Below are positions 10,463-20,719 of a stretch of 64,000 bases of DNA, one piece after another. How positions within the stretch are numbered: the first letter of the stretch is position 1; every line of letters begins with the position of its first letter. The translations under genes were made by a program, and so were the position numbers. The stretch comes from an uncultured cyanobacterium (lineage in GTDB: Bacteria > Cyanobacteriota > Cyanobacteriia > PCC-9006 > JAAUQQ01). The stretch spans positions 4,320,001 to 4,384,000 of the forward strand of contig OY970368.1 of the NCBI GenBank assembly GCA_963718615.1, read 5' to 3'. The notes under the pieces are model-generated. The model saw only the letters and a list, made by a program, of their open reading frames with translations, did no database searches and had not been told where the DNA came from.

Positions 10463-12463
10463 ATGACCGCAGAACTCACCCTATTAATTGAACTGGTAAC
10501 GGTTCTAGGCACGGCTACGGTTGGCGGGTATTTGGCCAATCGATGGCGACAGCCAGTTCTCTTGGGCTATTTGCTGGGGGGAATGGTGGTTGGCCCCCAG
10601 GGGTTGGGTTGGGTAACGGGAAACGGCAATGTGGAGGTCCTGGCGGAAATTGGTGTAGTCCTGTTGCTCTTTACCCTGGGCGTTGAGTTTTCGCTAAAGG
10701 ATTTGCTGCGCCTCAAACGCATTGCCCTGGGCGGTGGCAGCTTGCAAATGGGCTTGACTATTCTGCTGGGCGGTGGGATCGCCTATGTCACGGGCTGGGT
10801 TGATACGGTGCCTACGGCGATTTTTCTGGGAGCGGTGCTGTCGCTGTCTTCGACGGCAGTGGTGCTCAAAAGTCTGATTGAGCGCAATGAGGTGCAGACG
10901 GCCCAGGGGCAGATCATGCTGGCAATACTGGTTGTTCAGGACCTGGGGCTGGGGGTGATGTTAGCCATTTTGCCGACCCTGAGTGATCCGCCCCAGGCGA
11001 TGGGTCAGGCACTGGCCCTGGCGATCTTGAAGGTGCTGCTGTTTTTGGGCGGGGCGATCGCCGCTGGCAAAGGGTTGATTCCGGTCCTGATTCGGCGCAT
11101 TGCCCAGCAAGGCTCCCAAGAACTATTTCTGCTGGCGATTTTGAGTTTGTGTTTGGGGATTGCCCTCTTGACCTCGGCGATCGGCCTCGGCATTGAGATG
11201 GGAGCCTTTGTGGCGGGGCTGATGGTTTCAAATGTTGACCAGGCAGACCATGCCCTCGATCGGGTTCTGCCCATGCGGGATGTGTTTGCGACGCTGTTTT
11301 TTGCCTCAATTGGCCTCTTGATTGATCCAATTTTTCTCTGGGAGAACGGCTGGACGCTGCTGGGTTTGGTGATGATGACGCTGGTGGGCAAGGCGGTGAT
11401 TGTGACGGGCGTGGTTCGGGGGTTTGGCTATCCGCTCAAAACGGCGCTGACCGTGGGGACGGGAATTAACCAAATTGGGGAATTTTCCTTTGTTTTGGCT
11501 GGGGTCGCCCAGCTCAACGGCCTGTTCTCCGATGAACTCTATGGCCTGACGGTGGGCACCACCGCCGTAACGCTTTTAGTGACGCCGCTGTTGCTCAAGC
11601 TAACCCCTCCCCTGATCATGGGGTTAGAAGCCCAATCCTGGTTTCGGGCCTTGATGCCTAGCCCCGAACCAGATCTCATGGGTTTAGGGGCGTCGGAGTT
11701 GCGGGACCATGTGGTTGTGGCGGGATATGGGCGAGTGGGACAGACCCTGGTCCGTCTGCTGTATTTCCAGGGCTATTCGATCCTGGTGATCGACAATAAC
11801 GAGGCGACCTTACAGCAGTTACGCGATCGCCAGATTCCCTATCTCTACGGCGATTCGAGCAGCACTCTGATCCTCGAAAAAGCCCAGGTTCAACAAGCCA
11901 AAGCCCTAGCCATTACCCTCCCGGACCCGATGGCCACCCGCTTAACCCTCAACCGTGCCCTGGGGCTGGCTCCCGATTTAGATATTACGGTGCGCGCCCA
12001 TCTCGATCGCGAAATTGATACGCTCTACCAGCTCGGTGCCCAAGAAGTGGTGCAACCGGAGTTTGAAGCCGCCTTGGAAATGGGAGCCCATCTCTTAATC
12101 AATTTAGGGGAAACCGCCTATACGGTTCAGCAGGTGGTCAATCGCTATCGCAGCGATCGCTATCGCGATATTTTGCCCCAGCGCGCGGAGTACTGGGGAG
12201 CGGGAAACTTGGAGCAAGCGATCGAGGGGTTAGCCCATCACTGGTACGACCTAGAGTCCCACCATTCCCTCGTAGGCCGCAGCATTGCCGCAGCGAACAT
12301 TCGACGGCGGACCGGGGCGACGATCATGGCCATCGATCGGGGCAAGGTTCGGTTGCGGTATCCCTTGGGAACGACGGTGTTTGAGGGGGGCGATCGCCTC
12401 TTGGTGGTGGCCAGTCCCGCAGGGCAGCGGGCCTTTGTGGCGTTGCTGGAGACCTTGGGCTGA
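10463..12463 (+). CDS. CPA2 cation:proton antiporter with TrkA-N/TrkA-C domains (Kef-like)
   Basis: LSLSSTAVVLK, LVVQD, HVVVAGYGRVG, C-terminal RCK-C. Confidence 0.9.
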   Translation: MTAELTLLIELVTVLGTATVGGYLANRWRQPVLLGYLLGGMVVGPQGLGWVTGNGNVEVLAEIGVVLLLFTLGVEFSLKDLLRLKRIALGGGSLQMGLTILLGGGIAYVTGWVDTVPTAIFLGAVLSLSSTAVVLKSLIERNEVQTAQGQIMLAILVVQDLGLGVMLAILPTLSDPPQAMGQALALAILKVLLFLGGAIAAGKGLIPVLIRRIAQQGSQELFLLAILSLCLGIALLTSAIGLGIEMGAFVAGLMVSNVDQADHALDRVLPMRDVFATLFFASIGLLIDPIFLWENGWTLLGLVMMTLVGKAVIVTGVVRGFGYPLKTALTVGTGINQIGEFSFVLAGVAQLNGLFSDELYGLTVGTTAVTLLVTPLLLKLTPPLIMGLEAQSWFRALMPSPEPDLMGLGASELRDHVVVAGYGRVGQTLVRLLYFQGYSILVIDNNEATLQQLRDRQIPYLYGDSSSTLILEKAQVQQAKALAITLPDPMATRLTLNRALGLAPDLDITVRAHLDREIDTLYQLGAQEVVQPEFEAALEMGAHLLINLGETAYTVQQVVNRYRSDRYRDILPQRAEYWGAGNLEQAIEGLAHHWYDLESHHSLVGRSIAAANIRRRTGATIMAIDRGKVRLRYPLGTTVFEGGDRLLVVASPAGQRAFVALLETLG

Positions 12464-12551
12464 CTCGCTGACCGGACTCTCACCCCTTGCGGGCCAATTT
12501 TGTAGTACGTGTAGTATATTAAGGGGGAGCTGAGTTGCGGTCTGCCGGGTC

Positions 12552-14384
12552 ATGGTTTTGTTGAAGGATTTTTTGAATTATTTTCGGGACTATCGCGCTC
12601 TGATGGTCCTAAGCATTATCAGCAGTAGTCTCTTTGAAAGCGTTGATTTGGTGGTGCCCTACGCCATCGGGCAGATGCTCAATAGTTTGTCGGGCGATCC
12701 GCTAGATGTCGGGGTGCAATGGGGGGTTGGCTGGGGCCAAGCCCTGGTGGCACGCCTGACGGGCCAAACGCTATCCCCCCAATGGGTGGCCTTGGGGTTG
12801 CTCTTAGGACTGGTTTTTGGGGTGACCGTGGTGCGGGCTCCGATTCAGGCTTGGGCCTCTAACTGGATGCATTGGGCGATCGCCCTACGGGCCAGACGGG
12901 ATAATTCCGAAAAGGTTCTGCGCCAAATTCTGACGCTGCCCCTGGAATTTTACGACGAAAATAATCCCGGTCGGATCGCCAGCCGTGTTGCGCGGGGCAT
13001 CGAAAATCACACCTGGAGTTATCCCGAAGCCACGGGGCAAATCCTGCCCAAATTGGCGCGGGTGCTGGTGATTTTTGTGATGATTTTGTGGATTGATTGG
13101 CGGATTGCGATCGCCTTCTTCATTTCCTTTGTGGTGATTTTGGGGTTTAGTTTGCGCAAACTGCAAACCCTCATGGGTCAGGAAAAGCTCCTAGAAACCT
13201 ACTCAGAAAATACAGCCAGTCGCACCTCTGAAATCATTACCAATATCAAAACCGTCAAGGCCTTTGCTACGGAATCACGGGAGTTGCGTCGTCAACGGAC
13301 CCGCATGGATCGGGAGCTATTCATGGTGCTCTATCGCATTCATTGGGGCTATATTCAGCTCGGCTCCTGGCAACGCACGGGGGTTCAGTGCTGCGTCTTT
13401 GGGGTGTTGGCGATGACGCTGGTGACGACGTTGCAAGGCCAAATTTCCCTGGGGCATTTTGTCACAACGCTGACAGTGTCGAGCATGGCCTATGCCGAGC
13501 TAGAACCCCTGAGTGTGTTGGCAGAACTGTTTGCACGGCGCTATGCGGCGATCGATCGCTACCACGAGTTTATGCGCCAACCGGCAGGTCCGGACGCGCG
13601 CTATCTGAAGCTCGAAGGCGAGATTCCGGCCTATCAATTCACCGGCAAAATCGAGTTTTCCCAAATGAGTTTTGGCTACAACCCAGAACGTCCGATCTTG
13701 CAATCGATTAATTTGCTCATCCATCCCTATCAAACTGTGGCGTTGGTGGGGCGATCGGGGTCGGGAAAATCCACGTTGGTGAAGCTCTTATTTCGCTATT
13801 TTGACCCGAGCAGTGGCTGTATTCGTATCGATGGTCAAGATATTCGTCAGTTGGATATTACGGGCTATCGGCGACGGCTGGCGATTGTTCACCAAGAGGT
13901 GGATCTATTTAACGGGACATTGCTCGAAAACCTCACCTATGGCAATCCCCAAGCCAGCCTTGCCCAGGTTCAAGCCGCCTGCGAGATCGCCCAGGTCGAG
14001 CCCTTTTTGCGAGACCTACCCCAGGGCTATCAAACCGTGGTGGGAGAGCGAGGAATGCGGCTTTCGGGGGGACAACGGCAACGCCTGGGGATTGCGCGGG
14101 CGCTCTTGGTAAATCCCGATGTTTTGGTTTTAGATGAAGCAACGTCTAGCTTGGATTATGAATCCGAGCGAGCGATTCAACTGGCCCTGCGATCGATCTA
14201 TGGCACCCGCACCACCCTGGTCATTGCCCACCGGCTAAGTACCGTGCGTGAAGCCGATCAGATCGTCGTCCTGGACCAAGGGCAAATCGTCGAAGTGGGA
14301 AGTCATGAACAACTTCTATCCCATCGGGGAATTTATCACCGGCTCCACTGGCTGCAAGAAACGGGGGAATTGTTAACGGAGTGA
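12552..14384 (+). CDS. ABC exporter, fused permease/ATPase
   Basis: GRSGSGKST, LSGGQRQR, VLVLDEATS, IAHRLST. Confidence 0.93.
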   Translation: MVLLKDFLNYFRDYRALMVLSIISSSLFESVDLVVPYAIGQMLNSLSGDPLDVGVQWGVGWGQALVARLTGQTLSPQWVALGLLLGLVFGVTVVRAPIQAWASNWMHWAIALRARRDNSEKVLRQILTLPLEFYDENNPGRIASRVARGIENHTWSYPEATGQILPKLARVLVIFVMILWIDWRIAIAFFISFVVILGFSLRKLQTLMGQEKLLETYSENTASRTSEIITNIKTVKAFATESRELRRQRTRMDRELFMVLYRIHWGYIQLGSWQRTGVQCCVFGVLAMTLVTTLQGQISLGHFVTTLTVSSMAYAELEPLSVLAELFARRYAAIDRYHEFMRQPAGPDARYLKLEGEIPAYQFTGKIEFSQMSFGYNPERPILQSINLLIHPYQTVALVGRSGSGKSTLVKLLFRYFDPSSGCIRIDGQDIRQLDITGYRRRLAIVHQEVDLFNGTLLENLTYGNPQASLAQVQAACEIAQVEPFLRDLPQGYQTVVGERGMRLSGGQRQRLGIARALLVNPDVLVLDEATSSLDYESERAIQLALRSIYGTRTTLVIAHRLSTVREADQIVVLDQGQIVEVGSHEQLLSHRGIYHRLHWLQETGELLTE

Positions 14385-14563
14385 AGAAACGTAACGCTTT
14401 TGGCCTTTTTCAGTAAAGATACTCGTCTAGTTTGAAGTTCCCTTTAGAACCCGGTGGAAGCCGTATAGATCTGAATTAAGGTATGAGTCAAGTCAAGGGT
14501 GACTCATTCGTTGAACCCTTCGTTGAAACAAAACGAAAGTATCAAATAAAAGGATCAAGAAAT

Positions 14564-14704
14564 ATGAACATAACCCTGATGGAACCGGAACTGCTCAATA
14601 GCATTAGTGTTACGCTCCTGATTGCCGCTAGCTTAACCCTGTTGGGGCCAGTGTTTTACTGGCTTTTGACGGCTGGGCGCGGTTTCAATACTCGCCATGG
14701 CTAA
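14564..14704 (+). CDS. Putative 46-aa single-TM small protein
   Basis: ATG after purine-rich AAAGGATCAAGAAAT; hydrophobic stretch ISVTLLIAASLTLLGPVFYWLL. Confidence 0.5.
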   Translation: MNITLMEPELLNSISVTLLIAASLTLLGPVFYWLLTAGRGFNTRHG

Positions 14705-14865
14705 AGGGCCTCGATCAATGCCTTCGTGCCACGCCAGATGATTGAAAAGCAAAGCAACTGCAACACTTTGGAATGGTTTGTAATTATCTAATTCTCGTCT
14801 ACGGGTTAGGATCCTTTCGGACGCTGAAAATAGAAGATTTTCTGACGGATTGAGGGAGTTCCTCC

Positions 14866-15240
14866 ATGGTGAGAAGTTTACTAGCAATCTTTGCAGGCTA
14901 TTTATTGATTGCCGTTGGTGTGGTGAGCTTATTTGCCCTGGTTTCCCTAGAAACTGCGGCAACCTCTGGGTTTATGGCGATCGCCCTCGCCTGTAACCTC
15001 GCCTTTGCCACTGCTGGAGGCTATGTGACCGCCCTGCTAGCGGGCCAAAGCCCCTTTGTCCATGGTCTTGGGCTGATGGGATTGGCCAGCGGGATGTGGA
15101 TTGTCTCGGCGACTTCCAGTGCATCGAGCTACGAGTCCCTTGGCTTTCAATTGCTGAATTGGGGCATGATGGCGCTGGGGGTCCTGACCGGGGCCTACTG
15201 GCGATCGCACCAGCAGCGCTTATCCACCGACAAGCGTTGA
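14866..15240 (+). CDS. Hypothetical 4-TM membrane protein
   Basis: Four hydrophobic segments; GAGGGAG RBS-like sequence upstream. Confidence 0.7.
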   Translation: MVRSLLAIFAGYLLIAVGVVSLFALVSLETAATSGFMAIALACNLAFATAGGYVTALLAGQSPFVHGLGLMGLASGMWIVSATSSASSYESLGFQLLNWGMMALGVLTGAYWRSHQQRLSTDKR

Positions 15241-16350
15241 ACTCCCGGTTGAATTCCCCTTTGTACTCCCGGTTGAACTCCCCTTTGTACTCCCGGTTGA
15301 ACTTTCCTTTGAACTTCCCTTTGGGCTACCATGGGACCCCAGCAAGACCTCAGAGGCTTGTCGCAGCAGTTCACGGCTGTCAAACTCTTCATCCTCGTCT
15401 TCATCGCCGAGCACATGGACATCCCGGAGGTAGGTCAGTCGATAGTCCCGTAGGGCCATGTTTTGGGCTTCAAACCAAGTCCAATGGGGGTCTGCCAAGA
15501 GTTCGCCAATGCCCTGGAACTGGTTCATAAGGCCCGATTGGGCGGTTAGTTTGAAAACTTCGCGGGCGATGACTTTGCAGCAAGCCTCGGGCTGAGTCAT
15601 AACTTGGGCTTCGCTAAAGCGGATCACAATCCAGCCCTTTTCTAAAAAGAAATCGTTGCGATCGCCATCGCTCTGGTCCCCTAAACAATGGATCGGTCGC
15701 CGCGTCGTAGAGATATAGGGCTCGTCGATTTCGAGATTAATATGCAGGTGGGTTACCCGGTCAATGTAGGCAAATTCCGGCACATAAATATCCTGACAGC
15801 CCGAGTGAGAAAGGGCCGCTTTGGTGACAATTTTCCCCGGAAAGTACTTGTCTAAATACAGTTGAAAAAAGGCTTCTGCGGCCTCCCGTCGTTGTCCGCG
15901 CGAAGAGAGATCACAGCCAATTTCTAAGTCATAGCCAACGGCGGTTTGGAGGGCGGCGAGAGCCAATAGCTGTTGATATTCGGCGATGCTGTCGGGATCG
16001 AGCAAGGATTCGCAGTAGCGCAGGTGTGCGGCTTGTTTGAGACGATAATTATCTAGCTCTTGGTAGTAGCGATCCATCTGCTGGCGAAAGCGACGACGGC
16101 GTTTGAGGTGTTGTTGTCGCAGCAGGAGGCTATGGATGAGGGCGATCGCCCCCCCGGCCAGTCCGACATAGCCTAGAAACCCCAATGCTAAGCCACTCAA
16201 TCCCAGTTCCAGCAGCACTATCCAGCCATAGATAGCTCGTGGCTTGGTGGGGGGAGTGGGTTCGAGTCCCTGAAAGGGGGGGATAGGAGGGCGTTGATTC
16301 CAGGCTAGCGTCAACGCTGGGGGATAAAAAATGATGGGATAAGTAGACAT
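15220..16350 (-). CDS. Membrane-anchored DUF559/Vsr-like PD-(D/E)xK nuclease-fold protein
   Basis: N-terminal TMs, coiled coil, YVPEFAY..INLEIDEPY..RNDFFLEKGWIVIRFSE. Confidence 0.72.
   Translation of the reverse strand: MSTYPIIFYPPALTLAWNQRPPIPPFQGLEPTPPTKPRAIYGWIVLLELGLSGLALGFLGYVGLAGGAIALIHSLLLRQQHLKRRRRFRQQMDRYYQELDNYRLKQAAHLRYCESLLDPDSIAEYQQLLALAALQTAVGYDLEIGCDLSSRGQRREAAEAFFQLYLDKYFPGKIVTKAALSHSGCQDIYVPEFAYIDRVTHLHINLEIDEPYISTTRRPIHCLGDQSDGDRNDFFLEKGWIVIRFSEAQVMTQPEACCKVIAREVFKLTAQSGLMNQFQGIGELLADPHWTWFEAQNMALRDYRLTYLRDVHVLGDEDEDEEFDSRELLRQASEVLLGSHGSPKGSSKESSTGSTKGSSTGSTKGNSTGSSTLVGG
15237..15320. repeat. Tandem array of 7 x 12-bp units (TTGAACTCCCGG / TTGAACTCCCCT type)
   Basis: Direct reading; lies where two convergent genes end. 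Confidence 0.9.
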
Positions 16351-16653
16351 GGCTTCCCTGATGCAAGTCTCTGTTCCTTCAGCATTCCCGAATATTTAGC
16401 GATCGCTTGACCCCTGGGTCAGCCGTTTGGCGGAATCTAGGCGTGGGTTTGAGGCGATAAAGGGGGGAATCAATGCAGCAGTTCATATTTATGCGCGTTT
16501 ACGTGAGGTTACTACATCAATTGGCTCTTTAAGTAGATAGGGTCCGTGCTTGACTTAGCACAATGGGTAGAGGTCTTCAGTCGTCTAACGCTCTAGGGTG
16601 CAAGTAGAGCAGTTGCTCAATGACTTCATGAAATAATTCAACAAATAACGACC

Positions 16654-17127
16654 ATGCTGAACCCTCACCAAAATTCGATCCTGCCGAGACTCGGTCTGTT
16701 TACACTGACGACGGTGTCGATCGCCCTACTAACCTCACGACCTAGCCAAGCTCAAAGCTGCCAACCTTTGCCTGTGGTAGCGGGAGAAGGAACAGAAGTT
16801 GAAAAGTCAATTTCGGCCCCTAGTATCGGTGTTTACAGAAACAATTGGGATACAGATTTCTCGGCAGAGAATGCAACTGCCAGCCAATATTTAGCCAATA
16901 TTACGGCCCAGGATGGCGGCGAATATAGTATCGAAATGTATCTCAAATATGCGGATGGTTCCGCTGATGAAATCTATAATCAAAGTGTGGGGTTTGAGCC
17001 CGGTGAGTCGCTAAATATTAGCGGTGTACCTCGCCTGGATGAACAGCCCTATCAAGTGAATCTTTCGGTGGGTGGCCTGACGGCGGTGGGGAATCACTAC
17101 AACGCGACCGTTTCAGCCTGTCCCTGA
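16654..17127 (+). CDS. Secreted hypothetical protein
   Basis: Signal peptide ending AQS; paired Cys; RNNWDTDF motif. Confidence 0.7.
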   Translation: MLNPHQNSILPRLGLFTLTTVSIALLTSRPSQAQSCQPLPVVAGEGTEVEKSISAPSIGVYRNNWDTDFSAENATASQYLANITAQDGGEYSIEMYLKYADGSADEIYNQSVGFEPGESLNISGVPRLDEQPYQVNLSVGGLTAVGNHYNATVSACP

Positions 17128-17264
17128 ATCCTTTTGGCTAACGTCTTTTTCAAGCCAGCCTGACATTGTAGGGCTGAAGCTCTAACCCGAGACGGAGCCT
17201 GCCTGGGTCTAACTTGCCTAGGGTAAAGACAAATGCACCTTCTGACTGTCGAGATTAGCTTGCT

Positions 17265-17969
17265 ATGAACACTCAAATTTTGTTTCGCCTTGGTGTTGCT
17301 GCGAGCCTGATGAGCAGCTTTGCCCTAGGGGGTAGGGCGATCGCCCAAACATCGGTTGATACTAACCGTCCCGAGGACAATACCGAAATGCCGATGATGG
17401 ATTCAGCTCCGGAGACAATGGAGGGAAACATGATGCCGGACTCCACGACGCCAGACTCCATGACGCAGGACTCCATGACGCCAGAGCCCATGACGCCGGA
17501 AAGCAGTGCCGCACCAGGGTCTTCAAGTATTTCCTCTCTGGCTGCCTCTAGCCAATCCCTCTCCACCTTGACTCAAGCGCTGCAAGCCGCCAGCCTTGTA
17601 GAGACACTGAATGGCAGTGGTCCCTACACTGTTTTTGCGCCGACGAATGAAGCCTTCGCGGAACTGCCTACGGGTGCGTTGGATTTCCTACTTCGTCCTG
17701 AAAACAAAGATCTGCTTCAGCAGGTGTTGAGATACCACGTTGTGCCCGGTGAAGTCATGGCAGCGGACCTGTCCACGGGGGGCATTAGTTCCCTGGCGGG
17801 TGGAATTGCGGTGCGGGTGACGGACGATCGCGTCATCATCAATAATGGTAGCGTCGTGCAGCCAGATATTGAAGCTAGCAATGGTGTCGTCCATGTGGTC
17901 AACCGGGTTTTGATTCCCAGCGCTGTCCGGGATCAGCTTTTGGCGCAACTAGCCCAACTCAGTCAATAG
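17265..17969 (+). CDS. Fasciclin (FAS1) domain protein
   Basis: YTVFAPTNEAF, LRYHVVPG, ASNGVVHVVNRVL; N-terminal 15-bp repeats (DSMTP). Confidence 0.93.
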   Translation: MNTQILFRLGVAASLMSSFALGGRAIAQTSVDTNRPEDNTEMPMMDSAPETMEGNMMPDSTTPDSMTQDSMTPEPMTPESSAAPGSSSISSLAASSQSLSTLTQALQAASLVETLNGSGPYTVFAPTNEAFAELPTGALDFLLRPENKDLLQQVLRYHVVPGEVMAADLSTGGISSLAGGIAVRVTDDRVIINNGSVVQPDIEASNGVVHVVNRVLIPSAVRDQLLAQLAQLSQ

Positions 17970-18079
17970 GTCCTAGGGCAGGTCCTGGGGCAAGTCCTAG
18001 CGTAAGTCTTTGTGTAACGCTGAAACATCATCCTAAAATGAAGTGATTCTGTTTTTCGTTTAGGGTGAATGGTAACGCT

Positions 18080-19711
18080 ATGACAACGTCCCACGCATCT
18101 CCCGACCGCATCTTGATTTTTGATACTACCCTTCGGGATGGTGAACAGTCCCCTGGGGCGAGCCTCAATCTGGACGAAAAACTGGCGATCGCCCGTCAAC
18201 TCGCCCGCCTAAACGTGGACATCATCGAAGCCGGGTTCCCCTTTGCCAGTCCTGGGGACTTTGAAGCGGTTCAACGCATTGCCGAGGCAGTTGGGACGGC
18301 CCAAGGACCGACGATTTGTGGTTTGGCGCGGGCTTCAGAAAAGGACATCAAAGCCGCTGCGGATGCCCTCAAGCCTGCGGCTAAACCCCGTATCCACACG
18401 TTCATTGCCAGTTCTGACATTCATCTTAAGTACAAACTCAAGAAAACCCGCGCGGAGGTGTTGGAAATCGCGCCGGAGATGGTTGCCTATGCGAAGGGTT
18501 TTATGGACGATGTGGAATTTTCTCCGGAGGATGCAGGGCGGTCTGATCCTGAGTTTCTCTATCCCCTGCTGGAAGCGGTCATTGATGCGGGAGCAACCAC
18601 GGTCAATATACCTGACACTGTGGGCTTTACAACTCCGGCGGAGTTTGGCGCTTTGATTCGCGGCATTAAACAACATGTGCGCAATATCGATCAGGCAATT
18701 ATTTCCGTTCATGGTCACAATGACCTCGGCCTTGCCGTGGCCAACTTCCTGGCTGCGGTGGAGAACGGGGCGCGGCAGTTGGAATGCACGATCAACGGCA
18801 TTGGCGAACGGGCTGGTAATGCGGCGCTTGAGGAGTTGGTGATGGCGCTCTATGTGCGTCGGAGCTACTACAACCCATTTTTGAAACGTGCTGTTGATTC
18901 TGAAGCGTCGCTTACCCAGATTAATACCCAGGAAATTTATAAGACTTCCCGCTTGGTTTCTAATTTGACGGGGATGTTGGTGCAACCGAATAAGGCGATT
19001 GTTGGGGCCAATGCGTTTGCCCATGAATCTGGTATTCATCAAGATGGGGTGCTCAAAAATAAGCTCACCTACGAAATTATGGATGCTGAGGTGATTGGCC
19101 TCACGACGAATCGCATTACGCTGGGGAAACTGTCGGGTCGCAATGCCTTTCGGACGCGGTTGCAGGAACTGGGATTTGAGCTCAATGAGGATGAGCTCAA
19201 TAAGGCGTTTGTGCGGTTTAAGGAGCTGGCGGATAAGAAGCGGGAGGTGAGCGATCGCGATCTAGAAGCCATCGTCAAAGATGAAACCAGCCATGTACCT
19301 GAGTTGTTCAAGCTGGAGCATATTCAGGTGTCCTGTGGGGATAAGGCTCGTCCGACGGCAACGGTGACGGTGCGCACGCCGGATGGCTTGGAATTGACGG
19401 ATGCGGCGATCGGTACGGGGCCGGTGGATGCGGTATATTGTGCGATTAACCGGGTGGTGAATATTCCCAATGAGTTGATTGAGTTTTCGGTCAAGTCTGT
19501 GACGGAGGGGATTGATGCGATGGGGGAAGTGACGATTCGGTTGCGCCACGAGGATCGGATTTTCTCGGGAAGTTTTGCCAATACGGACATTATTGTGGCG
19601 TCGGCGGAGGCGTTTATGATTGCGCTCAATCGGCTGGCAGCGGCGCTGCAAACGCAGCGGCCTTTGCATCCGCAACTGGAGGTGGTGAGTAAGGCGGGAG
19701 CGGGGGTTTAG
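18080..19711 (+). CDS. leuA: 2-isopropylmalate synthase
   Basis: [31 protein letters not shown]-terminal regulatory domain. Confidence 0.97.
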   Translation: MTTSHASPDRILIFDTTLRDGEQSPGASLNLDEKLAIARQLARLNVDIIEAGFPFASPGDFEAVQRIAEAVGTAQGPTICGLARASEKDIKAAADALKPAAKPRIHTFIASSDIHLKYKLKKTRAEVLEIAPEMVAYAKGFMDDVEFSPEDAGRSDPEFLYPLLEAVIDAGATTVNIPDTVGFTTPAEFGALIRGIKQHVRNIDQAIISVHGHNDLGLAVANFLAAVENGARQLECTINGIGERAGNAALEELVMALYVRRSYYNPFLKRAVDSEASLTQINTQEIYKTSRLVSNLTGMLVQPNKAIVGANAFAHESGIHQDGVLKNKLTYEIMDAEVIGLTTNRITLGKLSGRNAFRTRLQELGFELNEDELNKAFVRFKELADKKREVSDRDLEAIVKDETSHVPELFKLEHIQVSCGDKARPTATVTVRTPDGLELTDAAIGTGPVDAVYCAINRVVNIPNELIEFSVKSVTEGIDAMGEVTIRLRHEDRIFSGSFANTDIIVASAEAFMIALNRLAAALQTQRPLHPQLEVVSKAGAGV

Positions 19712-19848
19712 GGTTGGATGGCTTAGGAAACGGCAAAGCCAGAGTGCTGGCAGATGAAAGGATCGTGGGAGGCGAGCACAATGTCTTGCTTGGGGACGTT
19801 GCGTCTACCGTTGAGGAGCCAAACAACTTGGATGTATTGGCGATATTG

Positions 19849-19921
19849 CTCTACAGCCAGGCTTCCTCCTGTACTGCTCCATCCAAATCCTGCCAGGTCA
19901 ACTTAAAGGCTGCCTGCATCC
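19849..19921 (-). pseudogene. Short relic of an NB-ARC gene
   Basis: Encodes MQAAFKLTWQDLDGAVQEEAWL*, gap-free alignable to AAFELSWQDLTPAAQEVAKLL at 63931-63995. Confidence 0.6.
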
Positions 19922-19966
19922 TTTGGGAAGAGCTAGCCGTGGGCTACCGGCTAGCTCTTGACGTTT

Positions 19967-19985
19967 TGTTCTCGAAATGAGAACA
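19967..19985. promoter_or_regulatory. Putative HigA operator TGTTCTC-N5-GAGAACA just downstream of a TTGACG -35 box
   Basis: Perfect 7-bp inverted repeat 25 nt upstream of higB. Confidence 0.6.
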
Positions 19986-20010
19986 TTGGTAGAAAGTCAA
20001 CTCATTAAAA

Positions 20011-20310
20011 ATGCGCGTTATTAGCCGCAAAATCCTCAGGGATTTCTGTAATTCCCATGCCGACTCTTGCGATTCACTCTCCAACTGGTACAGGATTGCA
20101 AGCAGGGCAAGTTGGAAGACAATAAACGACGTTCAAAAAACCTACAAAACCGCAGAGGCCGTTGGGAATTGTACTATCTTTAATGTCAAAGGTAATCATT
20201 ATCGACTCATTGTAGATATTGTCTATGTCAGCCAAAGAATTTACATTAAATATATCTTAACCCATTCCGAATACGACAAAGGAAAGTGGAAAAATGATCC
20301 TTACTTTTAG
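20011..20310 (+). CDS. higB: HigB toxin (type II TA)
   Basis: MRVISRKIL, IFNVKGNHYRLI, ILTHSEYDKGKW. Confidence 0.92.
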   Translation: MRVISRKILRDFCNSHADSCDSLSNWYRIASRASWKTINDVQKTYKTAEAVGNCTIFNVKGNHYRLIVDIVYVSQRIYIKYILTHSEYDKGKWKNDPYF

Positions 20311-20692
20311 CTCAGAAAACTACACTCATCTTTTGGCCCAGTACCAGCCTAAGGTGATCAAAACCGAGAGGGAAAACGGACGGGCGATCGCCCTAGCCGC
20401 ACAACTAGAACATCAACCCGATCGAACCCCAGAAGAAGAAGCCCTCCTAGAACTTCTGGTCCTTCTCATTGAGAAATTCGAAGAGCAACAATATCCCCTT
20501 CCCCAAGCTTCTCCCCACTCCCTGCTGCTCCACCTCATGGAAGAAAACAACTTAAAACAAGAAGATTTAGTCGGTGTTCTAGGCAGTCGAGGCGTTGTTT
20601 CCGAAATCGTAAACGGCAAACGTGGCATCAGTAAAACCCAAGCCAAATCTCTGGCTCATTACTTTAACATCGATGCCGGTTTATTTATTTGA
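20294..20692 (+). CDS. higA: HigA antitoxin
   Basis: LVLLIEKFE..YP, LGSRGVVSEIVNGKRGIS HTH; overlaps higB. Confidence 0.92.
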   Translation: MILTFSSENYTHLLAQYQPKVIKTERENGRAIALAAQLEHQPDRTPEEEALLELLVLLIEKFEEQQYPLPQASPHSLLLHLMEENNLKQEDLVGVLGSRGVVSEIVNGKRGISKTQAKSLAHYFNIDAGLFI

Positions 20693-20719
20693 ACATCCAT
20701 CGATCCACCATCCCATCCC

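Noticed and set aside
15237-15320. Short repeat array as CRISPR
   Set aside because: Contiguous 12-bp units with no unique spacers.
19714-19980. 88-aa + strand ORF before higB
   Set aside because: No motif; the region is better explained as a minus-strand relic plus promoter.
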